Source: Eledone cirrhosa
Lineage: Eukaryota
NCBI GenBank assembly: GCA_964016885.1
Contig: OZ024744.1
Coordinates: 129,146,001 to 129,210,000, forward strand
Length of the DNA stretch: 64,000 bases
Direction of reading: 5' to 3'
Shown here: piece after piece, positions 25,001 through 37,630 of the stretch
Position numbering within the stretch: position 1 is the stretch's first letter
Layout: every line of letters starts with the position of its first letter
Position numbers and translations under genes: made by a program
Notes under the pieces: model-generated
What the model was told of the DNA's origin: nothing
Seen by the model: only the letters and a program-made list of their open reading frames with translations
Database searches by the model: none

Positions 25001-25677
25001 AACGCAATTTAAAAAGCTCATATTAATTTTTTTTCGAATGAATTCTTTTAGAAATATTTATATCTGATTTCAAATATTGATTTTTTTAGGTTTACCTTAT
25101 ATAATCAAATTTTTTTAGGTTTTTCAAAAACCTTATATAATCAATTTTTTTTAGGTTTTTCGAAAAACCTTACATAATCAATTTTTTTTAGGTTTTTTCG
25201 AAAAACCTTATATAATCAATTTTTTACGTTTTTAGAAAAACCTTATATAATCAATTTTTTTTATACTTTTAGAAATATTTATATCTAATTTCAAATATTG
25301 ATTTTTTTTAGATTTTTCGAAATACCTTATATAATCAATTTTTCTAGGTGTTTCGAAACACCTTATATAATCAATTTTTTTTAGGTTTTTCGAAAGACCT
25401 TATATAATCAATTTTTTTTAGGTTTTTCGAAAAACCTTATATAATCAATTTTTTTTATACTTTTAGAAATATTTATATCTAATTTCAAATATTGATTTTT
25501 TTTAGATTTTTCGAAATACCTTATATAATCAATTTTTCTAGGTGTTTCGAAAAACCTTATATAATCAATTTTTTTTAGGTTTTTCGAAAGACCTTATATA
25601 ATCAATTTTTTTTAGGTTTTTCGAAAAACCTTATATAATCAATTTTTTTAGGTTTTTCGACAACCTTATATAATCAA
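22043..25677. repeat. AT-rich composite island 2 (~3.6 kb): 37-bp array / long unit x8 / 37-bp array
   Basis: Both junctions identical to island 1; long-unit marker at ~22511, 22893, 23231, 23486, 23821, 24177, 24453, 24801. Confidence 0.95.
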
Positions 25678-26420
25678 GTTGAGTTTAAGTTAAGTTGGGA
25701 TTAAGTTAAGTTGGGGTTAAGTTAAGTTGGGGTTAAGTTAAGTTGGGGTTAAGTTAAGTTGGGGTTAGGTTAAGTTGGGTTTAAGTTAAGTTGGGGATAA
25801 GTTAAGTTGGGGTTAAGTTAAGTTGGGTTTAAGTTAAGTTGGGGTTAAGTTAAGTTGGGGTTAAGTTAAGTTGGGGTTAAATTAAGTTGGGGTTAAGTTA
25901 AGTTGGGGTTGAGTAAAGTTGGGGTTAAGTTAAGTTGGGGTTAAATTAAGTTGGGGTTAAGTTAAGTTGGGGTTGAGTGAAGTTGGGGTTAAGTTAAGTT
26001 GGGGTTAAATTAAGTTGGGGTTAAGTTTAGTTGGGGTTGAGTTAAGTTGGGGTTAATTTAAGTTGGGGCTAAGTTAATTTGTGGTTAAGTTAAGTTGGGG
26101 TTAAGTTAAGTTGGGGTTGAGTTAAGTAGGGGTTGAGTTAATTTGGGGTTAAGTTAAGTTGGGGTTAAGTTAAGTTGGGTTTAAGTTAAGTTGGGGTTAA
26201 ATTAAGTTGGGGTTAAATTAAGTTGGGGTTAAGTTAAGTTGGGGGTAAGTTAAGTTGGGGGCAAGTTAAGTTGGGGTTAAGTTAAGTTGGGGTTAATTTA
26301 AGTTGGGGTTATGTTAAGTTGGGGTTAAGTTAAGTTGGGGTTAAGTTAAGTTGGGGTTAAGTTAAGTTGGTGTTAAGTTAAGTTGGGGGTAAGTTACGTT
26401 AGGGCTAAGTTACGTTGGGG

Positions 26421-26652
26421 TTAACTTAACCCCAACTTAACTTAACCCCAACTTAACTTAGACCCAACTTAACTGAGCCCCAACTTAACTTAACCCCAAC
26501 GTAACTTAGCCCTAACGTAACTTACCCCCAACTTAACTTAACACCAACTTAACTTAACCCCAACTTAACTTAACCCCAACTTAACTTACCCCCAACTTAA
26601 CTTACCCCCAACTTAACTTACCCCAACTTAACTTAACTTAACCCCAACTTAA
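26421..26652 (-). repeat. Inverted satellite segment, copy 4, 232 bp
   Basis: Same variants and junctions, about one extra monomer. Confidence 0.97.
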
Positions 26653-29600
26653 GTTAAGTTTGGGTTAAGGTTGGGGTTAAATTAAGTTGGGGTTAAGTTA
26701 AGTTGGGGTTAAGTTAAGTTGGGGTTAAGTTAAGTTGGGGGTAAGTTAAGTTGGGGTTAAGTTAAGTTGGGGTTAAGTTAAGTTGGGGTTAAGTTAAGTT
26801 CGGGTTAAGTTAAGTTGGTGTTAAGTTAAGTTGGGGCTGAGTTAAGTTGGGGCTAAGTTAAGTTGGGTCTAAGTTAAGTTGGGGTTAAGTTAAGTTGGGG
26901 TTAAGTTAAGTTGGTGTTAAATTAAGTTGGGGTTAAATTAAGTTGGTGTTAAGTTAAGTTGGGGTTAAGTTAAGTTGGGGTTAATTAAGTTGGGGTTAAG
27001 TTAAGTTGGGGTTAAGTTAATTGGGGTTAAATTAAGTTAGGGTTGAGTTAAGTTGGCGTTAAGTTAAGTTGGGGTTATATTAAGTTGGGGTTAAGTTAAG
27101 TTGGGGTTAAGTAAAGTTGGGGTTCAGTTAAGTTGGGGTTAAGTTAAGTTAGGGTTATATTAAGTTGGGGTTAAGTTAAGTTGGGGTTAATTTAAGTTGG
27201 GGTTAAGTTAAGTTGGGGTTAAGTTAATTTGGGGTTAAGTTAAGTTGGGGTTCAGTTAAGTTGGGGTTAAGTTAAGTTGGGGTTAAGTTGGGGTAAAATT
27301 AAGTTGGGGTTAAGTTAAGTTGCGGTTAAGTTAAAATGAGGTTAAGTTAAGTTGGGGTTAAGTTAAGTTGGGGTTAAGTTAAGTTGATGTTAAGTTAAGT
27401 TGGGGTTAATTTAAGTTGGGGTTAAGTTAAGTTGGGGCTAAGTTAAGTTGGAGCTAAGTTAAGTTGGGGCTAAGTTAAGTTGGGGTTAAGTTAAGTTGGG
27501 GTTAAGTTAAGGTGGGGTTAAGTTAAGTTGGGGTCAACTTAAGTTGGGGTTAAGTTAAGTTGGGGTTAACTTAAGTTGGGGTTAAGTTAAGTTGGGGTTA
27601 AGTTAAGTTGGGGTTAAGTTAAGTTGGGGTTACGTTAAGTTGGGGGTAAGTTAAGTTGGTGGTAAGTTAAGTTGGGGGTAAGTTAAGATGGGGTTAAGTT
27701 AGGGTTAAGTTAAGTTAGGGTTAAGTTAATTTGGGGTTGAGTTAAGTTGGGGTTAAGTTAAGTTGGGGTTAATTTAAATTGGGGTTAATTTAAATTTGTT
27801 GTTAAGTTAAGTTGGGGTTAATTTAAGTTGGGGTTAAGTTAAGTTGGGGTTGAGTGAAGTTGGGGTTAAGTTAAGTTGGGGTTAAGTTAAGTTGGGGTTG
27901 AGTTAAGTTGGGGTTAATTTAAGTTGGGGCTAAGTTCATTTGGGGTTCAGTTAAGTTGGGGTTAAATTAAGTTGGGGTTAAGTTAAGTTGGGGTTAAATT
28001 AAGTTGGGGTTAAGTTAAGTTGGGGTTAAGTTAAGTTGGGGTTAAGTTAATTTGGGCTTAAGTGAAGTTAGGGTTAAGTTAAGTTGGGGTTGAGTTAAGT
28101 TGGGGGTAAGTTAAGTTGGGGTTATGTTAAGTTGGGGTTACGTTAAGTTGGGTTTAAGTTAAGTTGGGGTTAAGTTAAGTTGGGGTTAAGTTAAGTTGGG
28201 GTTAATTTAAGTTGGGGTTAAGTTAAGTTGGGATTAATTTAAGTTGGGGTTAAGTTAAGTTGGGGTTAAGTTAAGTTGGGGTTGAATTAAGTTGGGGTTA
28301 AGTTAAGTTGGGGTTAAGTTAAGTTGGGGTTAAGTTAATTTGGGGTTAAGTTAAGTTAGGGTAAAGTTAAGTTGGGGTTGAGTTAAGTTGGGGTAAGTTA
28401 AGTTGGGGTTAAGTTAAGTTGGGGTTAAGTTAAGTTGGGGTTAAGTTAAGTTAGGCTTAACTTAAGTTGGGGTTAAGTTAAGTTGGGGGTGAGTTAAGTT
28501 GGGGGTAAGTTAAGTTGGGGTTAAGTTAAGTTGGGGTTAAGTTGGGGTTAAGTTAAGTTAGGGTTAAGTTAATTTGGGGTTGAGTTAAGTTGGGGTTAAG
28601 TTAAGTGGTGGTTATGTTAAGTTGGGGTTAAGTTAAGTTGGGGTTAATTTAAATTGGGGTTAATTTAAATTTGTTGTTAAGTTAAGTTGGGGTTAATTTA
28701 AGTTGGGGTTAAGTTAAGTTGGGGTTGAGTTAAGTTGTGGTTGAGTGAAGTTGGGGTTAAGTTAAGTTGGGGTTAAATTAAGTTGGGGTTAAGTTAAGTT
28801 GGGGTTGAGTTAAGTTGGGGTTAATTTAAGTTGGGGCTAAGTTAATTTGGGGTTAAGTTAAGTTGGGGTTAAATTAAGTTGGGGTTAAGTTAAGTTGGGG
28901 TTAAGTTAAGTTGGGGTTAAGTTAATTTGGGGTTAAGTGAAGTTAGGGTTAAGTTAAGTTGGGGCTGAGTTAAGTTGGGGGTAAGTTAAGTTGGGGTTAT
29001 GTTAAGTTGGGGTTAAGTTAAGTTGGGGTTAAGTTAAGTTGGGGTTCAGTTAAGTTGCGGTTAAGTTAAGTTGGGGTTAAGTTAAGTTGGGGTTAAGTTA
29101 AGTTGGGGTTAATTTAAGTTGGGGTTAAGTTAAGTTGGGGTTAAGTTAATTTGTGGTTAATTTAAGTTGGGGTTAAGTTAAGTTGGGGTTAAATTCAGTC
29201 GGGGTTAAGTTAAGTCGGGGTTAAGTTACGTTGGGGTTAAGTTAAGTTGGGGTTAAGTTAAGTTGGGGTTGAGTTAAGTTGGGGTTAAGTTAAGTTGGGG
29301 TTAAGTTAAGTTGGGGTTAAGTTAAGTTGGGGTTAAGTTAAGTTGGGGTTAATTTAAGTTGGGGTTAAGTTAAGTTGGGGTTAATTGAAGTTGGGGTAAC
29401 GTTAAGTTGGGGGTAAGTTAAGTTGGGGTTAAGTTAAGTTGGGGTTAAGTTGGGGTTAAGTTAAGTTAGGGTTAACTTAAGTTGGGGTTGTGTTAAGTGG
29501 TGGTTATGTTAAGTGGTGGTTATGTTAAGTTGGGGTTAAGTTAAGTTGGGGTTAAGTTAAGTTGGGGTTAAGTTAAGTTGGGGTTAAGTTAATTAGGGTT

Positions 29601-32090
29601 AAGTTAAGTTGGGTTTAAGTTAAGTTGGGGTTAAGTTAAGTCGGGGTTAAGTTAAGTTGGGGTTAAGTTAAGTTGGTTAGTTAAGTTGAGTTTAAGTTAA
29701 GTTGGGGTTAATTTAAGTTGGGGTTAAGTTAAGTTGGGGTTAAGTTAAGTTGGGGTTAAGTTAAGTTGGGGTTCAGTTAAGTTGGGGTTAAGTTAAGTTG
29801 GGGTTAAGTTGGGGTAAAATTAAGTTGGGGTTAAGTTAAGTTGCGGTTAAGTTAAGTTGCGGTTAAGTTAAGTTGCCGTTAAGTTAAGTTGAGGTTAAGT
29901 TAAGGTGGGGTTAAGTTAAGTTGGGGTTAAGTTAAGTTGGGGCTAAGTTAAGTTGGGGCTAAGTTAAGTTGGGGCTAAGTTAAGTTGGGGTTAAGTTAAC
30001 TTTCGGTTAAGTTAAGTTGGGTTTGAGTTAAGTTGGGGTTAATTAAGTTGGGGTTAAGTTAAGTTGGGGTTAAGTTGGGGTTAAGTTGGGGTTAAGTTAA
30101 GTTGCGGTTAAGTTAAGTTGATGTTAAGTTAAGTTGGGGTTAAGTTAAGTTGGGGTTAAGTTAAGTTGGGGCTAAGTTAAGTTGGAGCTGAGTTAAGTTG
30201 GGGCTAAGTTAAGTTGGGGTTAAGTTAAGTTGGGGTTAAGTTAAGGTGGGGTTAAGTTAAGTTGGGGTCAACTTAAGTTGGGGTTAAGTTAAGTTGGGGT
30301 TAAGTTAAGTTGGGGTTAAGTTAAGTTGGGGTTAAGTTAAGTTGGGGTTACGTTAAGTTGGGGGTAAGTCAAGTTGGTGTTAAGTTAAGTTGGCGGTAAG
30401 TTAAGATGGGGTTAAGTTAAGTTGGGGTTAATTTAATTTGGGGTTAAGTTAAGTTAGGGTTAAGTTAAGTTGGGGTTGAGTTAAGTTGGGGTTAAGTTAA
30501 GTTGGGGTTATGTTAAGTTGGGGTTAAGTTAAGTTGGGGTTAAGTTAAGTTGGGGTTCAATTAAGTTGCGGATAATTTAAGTTGGGGTTAAGTTAAGTTG
30601 GGGTTAAGTTAAGTTGGGGTTAAGTTAAGTTGGGGTTAAATTAAGTTGGGGTTAAATTAAGTTGGGGTTAAGTTAAGTTGGGGTTATGTTAAGTTGGTGT
30701 TAAGTTAAGTTGGGGTTAAGTTAAGTTGGGGTTAAGTTAGGTTGGTGTTAATTTAAGTTGGGGGTAAGTTAAGTTGGGGGTAAGTTAAGTTGGTGTTAAG
30801 TTAAGTTGGGGTTAAGTTAAGTTGGGGTTAAGTTAAGTTGGGTTTAAGTTAAGTTGGGGCTAAGTTAAGTTAGGGCTAAGTTAAGTTGGGGTTAAGTAAA
30901 GTTAGGGCTAAGTTAAGTTGGGGTTAAGTTAAGTTGGGGTTAATTTAAGTTGGGGTTACATTAAGTTGATGTTAAGTTAAGTTGGGGTTAAGTTAAGTTG
31001 GGGTTAAGTTAAGTTGCGGTTAAATTAAGTTGGGGTTAAATTAAGTTGGGGTTAAGTTAAGTTGGGATTAAGTTAGGTTGGTGTTAAGTTAAGTTGGGGT
31101 TAAGTTAATTTGTGGTTAAGTTAAGTTGGGGTTAAGTTAAGTTGGGGTTAAGTTCAGTCGGGGTTAAGTTAAGTTGGGGTTAAGTTAAGTTGCGGTTAAG
31201 TTAAGTTGGGGTTAAGTTAAGTTGGGGTTAAGTTAATTAGGGTTAAGTTAAGTTGGGGTTAAGTTAAGTTGGGGTTAAGTTAAGTTGGGGTTAAGTTAAG
31301 TTGGGTTTAAGTTAAGTTGGGGCTAAGTTAAGTTAGGGCTAAGTTAAGTTGGGGTTAAGTTAAGTTGGGGTTAATTTAAGTTGGGGTTACATTAAGTTGA
31401 GGTTAAGTTAAGTTGTGGTTAAGTTAAGTTAGGGTTAATTTAAGTTAGGGTTATGTTAAGTTGGGGTTAAGTTAAGTTGGGGTTAAGTTAGGTTGGTGTT
31501 AAGTTAAGTTGGGGTTAAGTTAAGTTGGGGTTATGTTAAGTTGGGGTTAAGTTAAGTTGGGGTTAAGTTAAGTTGGGGTTGAGTTAAGTTGGGGTTGAGT
31601 TAAGTTGGGGTTGAGTGAAGTTGGGGTTAAGTTAAGTTGGGGTTAAATTAAGTTGGGGTTAAGTTAAGTTGGGGTTGAGTTAAGTTGGGGTTAATTTAAG
31701 TTGGGGCTAAGTTAATTTGTGGTTAAGTTAATTTGGGGTTAAGTTAAGTTGGGGTTAAGTTAAGTTGGGGTTGAGTTAAGTAGGGGTTGAGTTAATTTGG
31801 GGTTAAGTTAAGTTGGGGTTAAGTTAAGTTGGGTTTAAGTTAAGTTGGGGTTAAATTAAGTTGGGGTTAAATTAAGTTGGGGTTAAGTTAAGTTGGGGGT
31901 AAGTTAAGTTGGGGGCAAGTTAAGTTGGGGTTAAGTTAAGTTGGGGTTAAGTTAAGTTGGGGTTAATTTAAGTTGGGGTCATGTTAAGTTGGGGTTAAGT
32001 TAAGTTGGGGTTAAGTTAAGTTGGGGTTAAGTTAAGTTGGTGTTAAGTTAAGTTGGGGGTAAGTTACGTTAGGGCTAAGTTACGTTGGGG

Positions 32091-32339
32091 TTAACTTAAC
32101 CCCAACTTAACTTAACCCCAACTTAACTTAGACCCAACTTAACTGAGCCCCAACTTAACTTAACCCCAACGTAACTTAGCCCTAACGTAACTTACCCCCA
32201 ACTTAACTTAACACCAACTTAACTTAACCCCAACTTAACTTAACCCCAACTTAACTTACCCCCAACTTAACTTACCCCCAACTTAACTTACCCCCAACTT
32301 AACTTAACCCCAACTTAACTTAACTTAACCCCAACTTAA
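32091..32339 (-). repeat. Inverted satellite segment, copy 5, 249 bp
   Basis: Same variants and junctions, two extra monomers (217+32). Confidence 0.97.
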
Positions 32340-35300
32340 GTTAAGTTTGGGTTAAGGTTGGGGTTAAATTAAGTTGGGGTTAAGTTAAGTTGGGGTTAAG
32401 TTAAGTTGGGGTTAAGTTAAGTTGGGGGTAAGTTAAGTTGGGGTTAAGTTAAGTTGGGGTTAAGTTAAGTTGGGGTTAAGTTAAGTTCGGGTTAAGTTAA
32501 GTTGGTGTTAAGTTAAGTTGGGGCTGAGTTAAGTTTGGGCTAAGTTAAGTTGGGTCTAAGTTAAGTTGGGGTTAAGTTAAGTTGGGGTTAAGTTAAGTTG
32601 GTGTTAAATTAAGTTGGGGTTAAATTAAGTTGGTGTTAAGTTAAGTTGGGGTTAAGTTAAGTTGGGGTTAATTAAGTTGGGGTTAAGTTAAGTTGGGGTT
32701 AAGTTAATTGGGGTTAAATTAAGTTAGGGTTGAGTTAAGTTGGGGTTAAGTTAAGTTGGGGTTATATTAAGTTGGGGTTAAGTTAAGTTGGGGTTAAGTA
32801 AAGTTGGGGTTCAGTTAAGTTGCGGTTAAGTTAAGTTGGGGTTAAGTTAAGTTAGGCTTAACTTAAGTTGGGGTTAAGTTAAGTTGTGGGTGAGTTAAGT
32901 TGGGGGTAAGTTAAGTTGGGGTTAAGTTAAGTTGGGGTTAAGTTGGGGTTAAGTTAATTTAGGGTTAAGTTAAGTTGGGGTTGAGTTAAGTTGGGGTTAA
33001 GTTAAGTGGTGGTTATGTTAAGTTGGGGTTAAGTTAAGTTGGGGTTAATTTAAATTGGGGTTAATTTAACTTTGTGGTTAAGTTAATTTGGGGTTAATTT
33101 AATTTGTGGTTAAGTTAAGTTGGGGTTAATTTAATTTGTGGTTAAGTTAAGTTGGGGTTAAGTTAAGTTGGGGTTGAGTTAAGCTGGGGTTAAGTTAAGT
33201 TGGGGTTAAAATAAGTTGGGGTTAAGTTAAGTTGGGGTTGAGTTAAGTTGGCGTTGAGTTAATTTGGGGTTAAGTTAAGTTGGGGTTAACTTAAGTTGGG
33301 TTTAATTTAAGTTGGGGTTAAGTTAAGTTGGGGTTATAATTAAGTTGGGGTTAAGTTAAGTTGGGGGTAAGATAAGTTGGGGTTAGTTAAGTTGCGGTTA
33401 AGTTAAGTTGGGGTTAAGTTAAGTTGGGGTTAAGTTAAGTTGGGGTTAAGTTAAGTTGGGGTTAATTTAAGTTGGGGTTAAGTTAAGTTGGGATTAATTT
33501 AAGTTGGGGTTAAGTTAAGTTGGGGTTAAGTTAAGTTGGGGTTAAATTAAGTTGGGGTTAAGTTAAGTTGGGGTTAAGTTAAGTTGGGGTTAAGTTAATT
33601 TGGGGTTAAGTTAAGTTAGGGTAAAGTTAAGTTGGGGTTGAGTTAAGTTGGGGTAAGTTAAGTTGGGGTTAAGTTAAGTTGGGGTTAAGTTAAGTTGGGG
33701 TTAAGTTAAGTTAGGCTTAACTTAAGTTGGGGTTAAGTTAAGTTGGGGGTGAGTTAAGTTGGGGGTAAGTTAAGTTGGGGTTAAGTTAAGTTGGGGTTAA
33801 GTTGGGGTTAAGTTAAGTTAGGGTTAAGTTAATTTGGGGTTGAGTTAAGTTGGGGTTAAGTTAAGTGGTGGTTATGTTAAGTTGGGGTTAAGTTAAGTTG
33901 GGGTTAATTTAAATTGGGGTTAATTTAAATTTGTTGTTAAGTTAAGTTGGGGTTAATTTAAGTTGGGGTTAAGTTAAGTTGGGGTTGAGTTAAGTTGTGG
34001 TTGAGTGAAGTTGGGGTTAAGTTAAGTTGGGGTTAAATTAAGTTGGGGTTAAGTTAAGTTGGGGTTGAGTTAAGTTGGGGTTAATTTAAGTTGGGGCTAA
34101 GTTAATTTGGGGTTAAGTTAAGTTGGGGTTAAATTAAGTTGGGGTTAAGTTAAGTTGGGGTTAAGTTAAGTTGGGGTTAAGTTAATTTGGGGTTAAGTGA
34201 AGTTAGGGTTAAGTTAAGTTGGGGCTGAGTTAAGTTGGGGGTAAGTTAAGTTGGGGTTATGTTAAGTTGGGGTTAAGTTAAGTTGGGGTTAAGTTAAGTT
34301 GGGGTTCAGTTAAGTTGCGGTTAAGTTAAGTTGGGGTTAAGTTAAGTTGGGGTTAAGTTAAGTTGGGGTTAATTTAAGTTGGGGTTAAGTTAAGTTGGGG
34401 TTAAGTTAATTTGTGGTTAAGTTAAGTTGGGGTTAAGTTAAGTTGGGGTTAAATTCAGTCGGGGTTAAGTTAAGTCGGGGTTAAGTTACGTTGGGGTTAA
34501 GTTAAGTTGGGGTTAAGTTAAGTTGGGGTTGAGTTAAGTTGGGGTTAAGTTAAGTTGGGGTTAAGTTAAGTTGGGGTTAAGTTAAGTTGGGGTTAAGTTA
34601 AGTTGGGGTTAATTTAAGTTGGGGTTAAGTTAAGTTGGGGTTAATTGAAGTTGGGGTTAATTTAAATGGGGTTAAGTTAAGTTGGGGTTAAGTTAAGTTG
34701 GGGTAACGTTAAGTTGGGGGTAAGTTAAGTTGGGGTTAAGTTAAGTTGGGGTTAAGTTGGGGTTAAGTTAAGTTAGGGTTAACTTAAGTTGGGGTTGTGT
34801 TAAGTGGTGGTTATGTTAAGTGGTGGTTATGTTAAGTTGGGGTTAAGTTAAGTTGGGGTTAAGTTAAGTTGGGGTTAAGTTAAGTTGGGGTTAAGTTAAT
34901 TAGGGTTAAGTTAAGTTGGGTTTAAGTTAAGTTGGGGTTAAGTTAAGTCGGGGTTAAGTTAAGTTGGGGTTAAGTTAAGTTGGTTAGTTAAGTTGAGTTT
35001 AAGTTAAGTTGGGGTTAATTTAAGTTGGGGTTAAGTTAAGTTGGGGTTAAGTTAAGTTGGGGTTAAGTTAAGTTGGGGTTCAGTTAAGTTGGGGTTAAGT
35101 TAAGTTGGGGTTAAGTTGGGGTAAAATTAAGTTGGGGTTAAGTTAAGTTGGGGTTAAGTTAAGTTGCGGTTAAGTTAAGTTGCCGTTAAGTTAAGTTGAG
35201 GTTAAGTTAAGGTGGGGTTAAGTTAAGTTGGGGTTAAGTTAAGTTGGGGCTAAGTTAAGTTGGGGCTAAGTTAAGTTGGGGCTAAGTTAAGTTGGGGTTA

Positions 35301-37381
35301 AGTTAACTTTCGGTTAAGTTAAGTTGGGTTTGAGTTAAGTTGGGGTTAATTAAGTTGGGGTTAAGTTAAGTTGGGGTTAAGTTGGGGTTAAGTTGGGGTT
35401 AAGTTAAGTTGCGGTTAAGTTAAGTTGATGTTAAGTTAAGTTGGGGTTAAGTTAAGTTGGGGTTAAGTTAAGTTGGGGCTAAGTTAAGTTGGAGCTGAGT
35501 TAAGTTGGGGCTAAGTTAAGTTGGGGTTAAGTTAAGTTGGGGTTAAGTTAAGGTGGGGTTAAGTTAAGTTGGGGTCAACTTAAGTTGGGGTTAAGTTAAG
35601 TTGGGGTTAAGTTAAGTTGGGGTTAAGTTAAGTTGGGGTTAAGTTAAGTTGGGGTTACGTTAAGTTGGGGGTAAGTCAAGTTGGTGTTAAGTTAAGTTGG
35701 CGGTAAGTTAAGATGGGGTTAAGTTAAGTTGGGGTTAATTTAATTTGGGGTTAAGTTAAGTTAGGGTTAAGTTAAGTTGGGGTTGAGTTAAGTTGGGGTT
35801 AAGTTAAGTTGGGGTTATGTTAAGTTGGGGTTAAGTTAAGTTGGGGTTAAGTTAAGTTGGGGTTCAATTAAGTTGCGGATAATTTAAGTTGGGGTTAAGT
35901 TAAGTTGGGGTTAAGTTAAGTTGGGGTTAAGTTAAGTTGGGGTTAAATTAAGTTGGGGTTAAATTAAGTTGGGGTTAAGTTAAGTTGGGGTTATGTTAAG
36001 TTGGTGTTAAGTTAAGTTGGGGTTAAGTTAAGTTGGGGTTAAGTTAGGTTGGTGTTAATTTAAGTTGGGGGTAAGTTAAGTTGGGGGTAAGTTAAGTTGG
36101 TGTTAAGTTAAGTTGGGGTTAAGTTAAGTTGGGGTTAAGTTAAGTTGGGTTTAAGTTAAGTTGGGGCTAAGTTAAGTTAGGGCTAAGTTAAGTTGGGGTT
36201 AAGTAAAGTTAGGGCTAAGTTAAGTTGGGGTTAAGTTAAGTTGGGGTTAATTTAAGTTGGGGTTACATTAAGTTGATGTTAAGTTAAGTTGGGGTTAAGT
36301 TAAGTTGGGGTTAAGTTAAGTTGGGGTTAAATTAAGTTGGGGTTAAATTAAGTTGGGGTTAAGTTAAGTTGGGATTAAGTTAGGTTGGTGTTAAGTTAAG
36401 TTGGGGTTAAGTTAATTTGTGGTTAAGTTAAGTTGGGGTTAAGTTAAGTTGGGGTTAAGTTCAGTCGGGGTTAAGTTAAGTTGGGGTTAAGTTAAGTTGC
36501 GGTTAAGTTAAGTTGGGGTTAAGTTAAGTTGGGGTTAAGTTAATTAGGGTTAAGTTAAGTTGGGGTTAAGTTAAGTTGGGGTTAAGTTAAGTTGGGGTTA
36601 AGTTAAGTTGGGTTTAAGTTAAGTTGGGGCTAAGTTAAGTTAGGGCTAAGTTAAGTTGGGGTTAAGTTAAGTTGGGGTTAATTTAAGTTGGGGTTACATT
36701 AAGTTGAGGTTAAGTTAAGTTGTGGTTAAGTTAAGTTAGGGTTAATTTAAGTTAGGGTTATGTTAAGTTGGGGTTAAGTTAAGTTGGGGTTAAGTTAGGT
36801 TGGTGTTAAGTTAAGTTGGGGTTAAGTTAAGTTGGGGTTATGTTAAGTTGGGGTTAAGTTAAGTTGGGGTTAAGTTAAGTTGGGGTTGAGTTAAGTTGGG
36901 GTTGAGTTAAGTTGGGGTTGAGTGAAGTTGGGGTTAAGTTAAGTTGGGGTTAAATTAAGTTGGGGTTAAGTTAAGTTGGGGTTGAGTTAAGTTGGGGTTA
37001 ATTTAAGTTGGGGCTAAGTTAATTTGTGGTTAAGTTAAGTTGGGGTTAAGTTAAGTTGGGGTTGAGTTAAGTAGGGGTTGAGTTAATTTGGGGTTAAGTT
37101 AAGTTGGGGTTAAGTTAAGTTGGGTTTAAGTTAAGTTGGGGTTAAATTAAGTTGGGGTTAAATTAAGTTGGGGTTAAGTTAAGTTGGGGGTAAGTTAAGT
37201 TGGGGGCAAGTTAAGTTGGGGTTAAGTTAAGTTGGGGTTAAGTTAAGTTGGGGTTAATTTAAGTTGGGGTCATGTTAAGTTGGGGTTAAGTTAAGTTGGG
37301 GTTAAGTTAAGTTGGGGTTAAGTTAAGTTGGTGTTAAGTTAAGTTGGGGGTAAGTTACGTTAGGGCTAAGTTACGTTGGGG

Positions 37382-37630
37382 TTAACTTAACCCCAACTTA
37401 ACTTAACCCCAACTTAACTTAGACCCAACTTAACTGAGCCCCAACTTAACTTAACCCCAACGTAACTTAGCCCTAACGTAACTTACCCCCAACTTAACTT
37501 AACACCAACTTAACTTAACCCCAACTTAACTTAACCCCAACTTAACTTACCCCCAACTTAACTTACCCCCAACTTAACTTACCCCCAACTTAACTTAACC
37601 CCAACTTAACTTAACTTAACCCCAACTTAA
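37382..37630 (-). repeat. Inverted satellite segment, copy 6, 249 bp
   Basis: Matches copy 5, 5291 bp downstream. Confidence 0.97.

Larger units (their letters stand above)
6800..26700 (+). repeat. ~10.4-kb tandem duplication including the AT island and the following inverted segment (boundaries approximate)
   Basis: Private variant GCTAAGTTGCCG at 9881/20295 and island starts 11631/22045 are both offset by 10414; TTAAAATGAG at 7251/17601. Confidence 0.85.
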
